From the NCBI RefSeq assembly GCF_006345805.1, contig NC_043012.1, forward strand, positions 11,098,001 to 11,162,000: a DNA stretch of 64,000 bases. Reading direction: 5' to 3'. How positions within the stretch are numbered: position 1 is the first letter of the stretch; each line of letters starts with the position of its first letter. The DNA is from Octopus sinensis. Taxonomy: Eukaryota. The notes beneath the pieces were generated by a model. It saw only the letters and a program-made list of their open reading frames with translations. It had not been told where the DNA came from and did not search any database. Shown here one piece after another: positions 62,058 through 64,000 of the stretch. Both the position numbers and the translations under genes were made by a program.

Positions 62058-62285
62058 TTTTATTCTTTTATTCTTTTGCTTGTCTCAGTAATTTGACTGT
62101 GGCCATGCTGGAGCACCACTTCCTTTTTTTTTTTAGTCGAACAAATCGACTCCAGCAGGTCTTATTCTTTGTTATATTAGTCTCTTTATTATATTAGTCT
62201 CTTTTGCGCAACTGCTAAGTTACAGGAATGTAAACACACCAACGCCAGTTGTCAAGCGGTGATGGGGAGACAAACACAGACACAA
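62058..62285 (-). mobile_element. SINE family B, diverged 3' half
   Basis: TTTGACTGTGGCCATGCTGGAGCACC...GTTGTCAAGCGGTGATGGGGAGACAAACAC. Confidence 0.78.
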
Positions 62286-63169
62286 AGATACACACACACA
62301 CATACGCCCACAGACACACACTCACAGACACACACACACACACCACACACACACAACACACTCTCACAAACACTAATCAGCCAAAATTGCGAGGATACTC
62401 TGGTGCTTGACCGAGGAAAGAAAACTTCTAATGACCCGTCCTTGTTTTCTTTGTATCATCTATCTGGATGTTTTGTTGTCCCTTTTTGTATCACCTAGTT
62501 GTCCAGATGTTTTGCGTTCTTGTCCAATCATTTTGTATTATATATACCACATAGCCACGCCTACAACTGAAAGTTTTGGTTGTTGTTGTTGTACTAGCAT
62601 TGTTTCGCCAAGGGTCAGTTCTGATTAAAAAAAAAGTATGGACAAAAGTCGTCCACTCGTAACCATTTTATCTTATTTTTTTCAAGACACTGCTTAAGAC
62701 TGCAATATCCAGTGTATCCTTCGCTTTTAAAAAAAAATTTCTACGTCAGCTATTATTTCTAGCTGCATGTAGAGCAATTACCTAGCAAATTACTTTCCTT
62801 CGTTTGCTTGTGTTCCTCTAATTTCCTTGTTTAACCCTAAGTCAGCCTGGATTAAGTAGGTATATGATCAAAGCTATTCCTACCATCATCAACCTCATCA
62901 TCATATGGAAGTAGGAATTTAGAAAGGAAAGGAAACCTCGTAGAGCTCCCGAGATTATCTTTGAGAAGTTGGTTTTGTCTTTTTATTGGCGCTTTAAAAA
63001 TACTCAACCGTGCGCGATATTGTTCATCGTGATTCTGTATTGGATCTAACTAAGAGGAGATATTTATCTGATAGCTTTATAATAGCTAGAAATCATTGGC
63101 TGGGTTAGAACATAACTTTTGCTTTGAAAGCCATTATCGACCAACGGTCGTACTCATTACTGAGTTGAC

Positions 63170-63400
63170 CTCGACCCTCCTCTCTTCCCCTCCCCTCCCT
63201 CCGTATACTCCCCCCTCCCCTCCTCCGCACCCCCGCATCCATCCTCACACCCTCCTCCCTCCGTATCATCACCCCTCCCCCTCCCCTCTTTCTCCCCCTC
63301 GCCCTCCTCCTCTTTCTCCTCTTTCCCCCTCCCCCTCCCCTTTATCCTCCTCCTCCCCTCCCCCTCCCTCTGCTCCTCTCTTCTCCTCCTCCTCCTCCTC
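63170..63400. repeat. C/T-rich low-complexity tract
   Basis: Many runs of 3-5 C separated by T. Confidence 0.9.
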
Positions 63401-63659
63401 ATCATCATTGTCACCATCATGTATGTTTGAGTTACTACAAATGATGCAAACTAGAACTAAAGACAATACTCACTAAGAATCAGCCATTCTTGCGACAAAG
63501 TGCGACTCGAAGGATATTTGGCTGCTATATCTAGCAGTAGTCTGAGCCACCACGTGTGGCCAAATTCTTCTTAGTCATCGTTATTGGTGGTCATGTTAGT
63601 TGTTGCGGTTGTTATTGTTTTAGTAATATCAGCACAGCAGCATGAGTTTTTACTAGTAC

Positions 63660-63706
63660 TAAGTAGTATATTTGTAGCAGTGGTGGTGGTAGTAGCAGTA
63701 GTTGTA

Positions 63707-63740
<34 letters not shown>

Positions 63741-63758
63741 CAGCAGCAGTAGTAGTAG
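63660..63758. repeat. (GTA)n/(GCA)n trinucleotide repeat
   Basis: Direct reading. Confidence 0.93.
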
Positions 63759-64000
63759 TCTGTGATCCGTCCTTGTATATCTCATACCCCACCGCAAACT
63801 TGCTGGTTTGACCAGACAGGCGACTCATTTGACAAAAGCAACAAAGTAACAGAACCCATCCTCTGCTCCCGCCCCGCCCACCTCTCCTACATCTCTCATA
63901 TTGGTGTGGAATGTATGCAGCAGCAGCAGCAGTGGGGAGAGGGAAGGTGAGCTGTCAATGTCTGAGAAATTGAGAAAATATTTTCTTTTTTTTTTACTTT

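Overview
Eukaryotic, AT-rich, repeat-dense genomic DNA. It is most consistent with a cephalopod (octopus-like) genome; this is an inference from the CORE-type and other tRNA-derived SINEs, the dense TA/CA/TATG/TCTA microsatellites and the TTAGGG repeats. I found no intact protein-coding gene, rRNA, true tRNA gene or CRISPR array. The ORFs in the track that I could interpret are by-products of satellite or microsatellite DNA or decayed transposons. Bases 1-10713 are a GC- and CpG-rich 156-157 bp tandem satellite (~68 copies, open at the window start) with block-level higher-order duplications. The rest is a mosaic of decayed mobile elements: several tRNA-derived SINE families (some mosaic, some tandem-multimeric), non-autonomous Helitrons, a piggyBac MITE, a pair of TIR MITEs carrying telomeric repeats, Tc1, mariner and pogo transposase remnants, and CR1-, RTE- and R4/Dong-like LINE fragments. 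There is a 100-N scaffold gap at 30926-31025. The most interesting signal is a set of hammerhead-ribozyme motifs in Penelope-like element tails from at least three unrelated families. One 1.56 kb inverted structure (22963-24521) holds four copies, three of which can fold into a complete type I hammerhead. Other notable features are several fold-back palindromes, long direct duplications flanking inserted TE copies, and a compact octamer/CCAAT/MARE motif cluster at 61650-61786.
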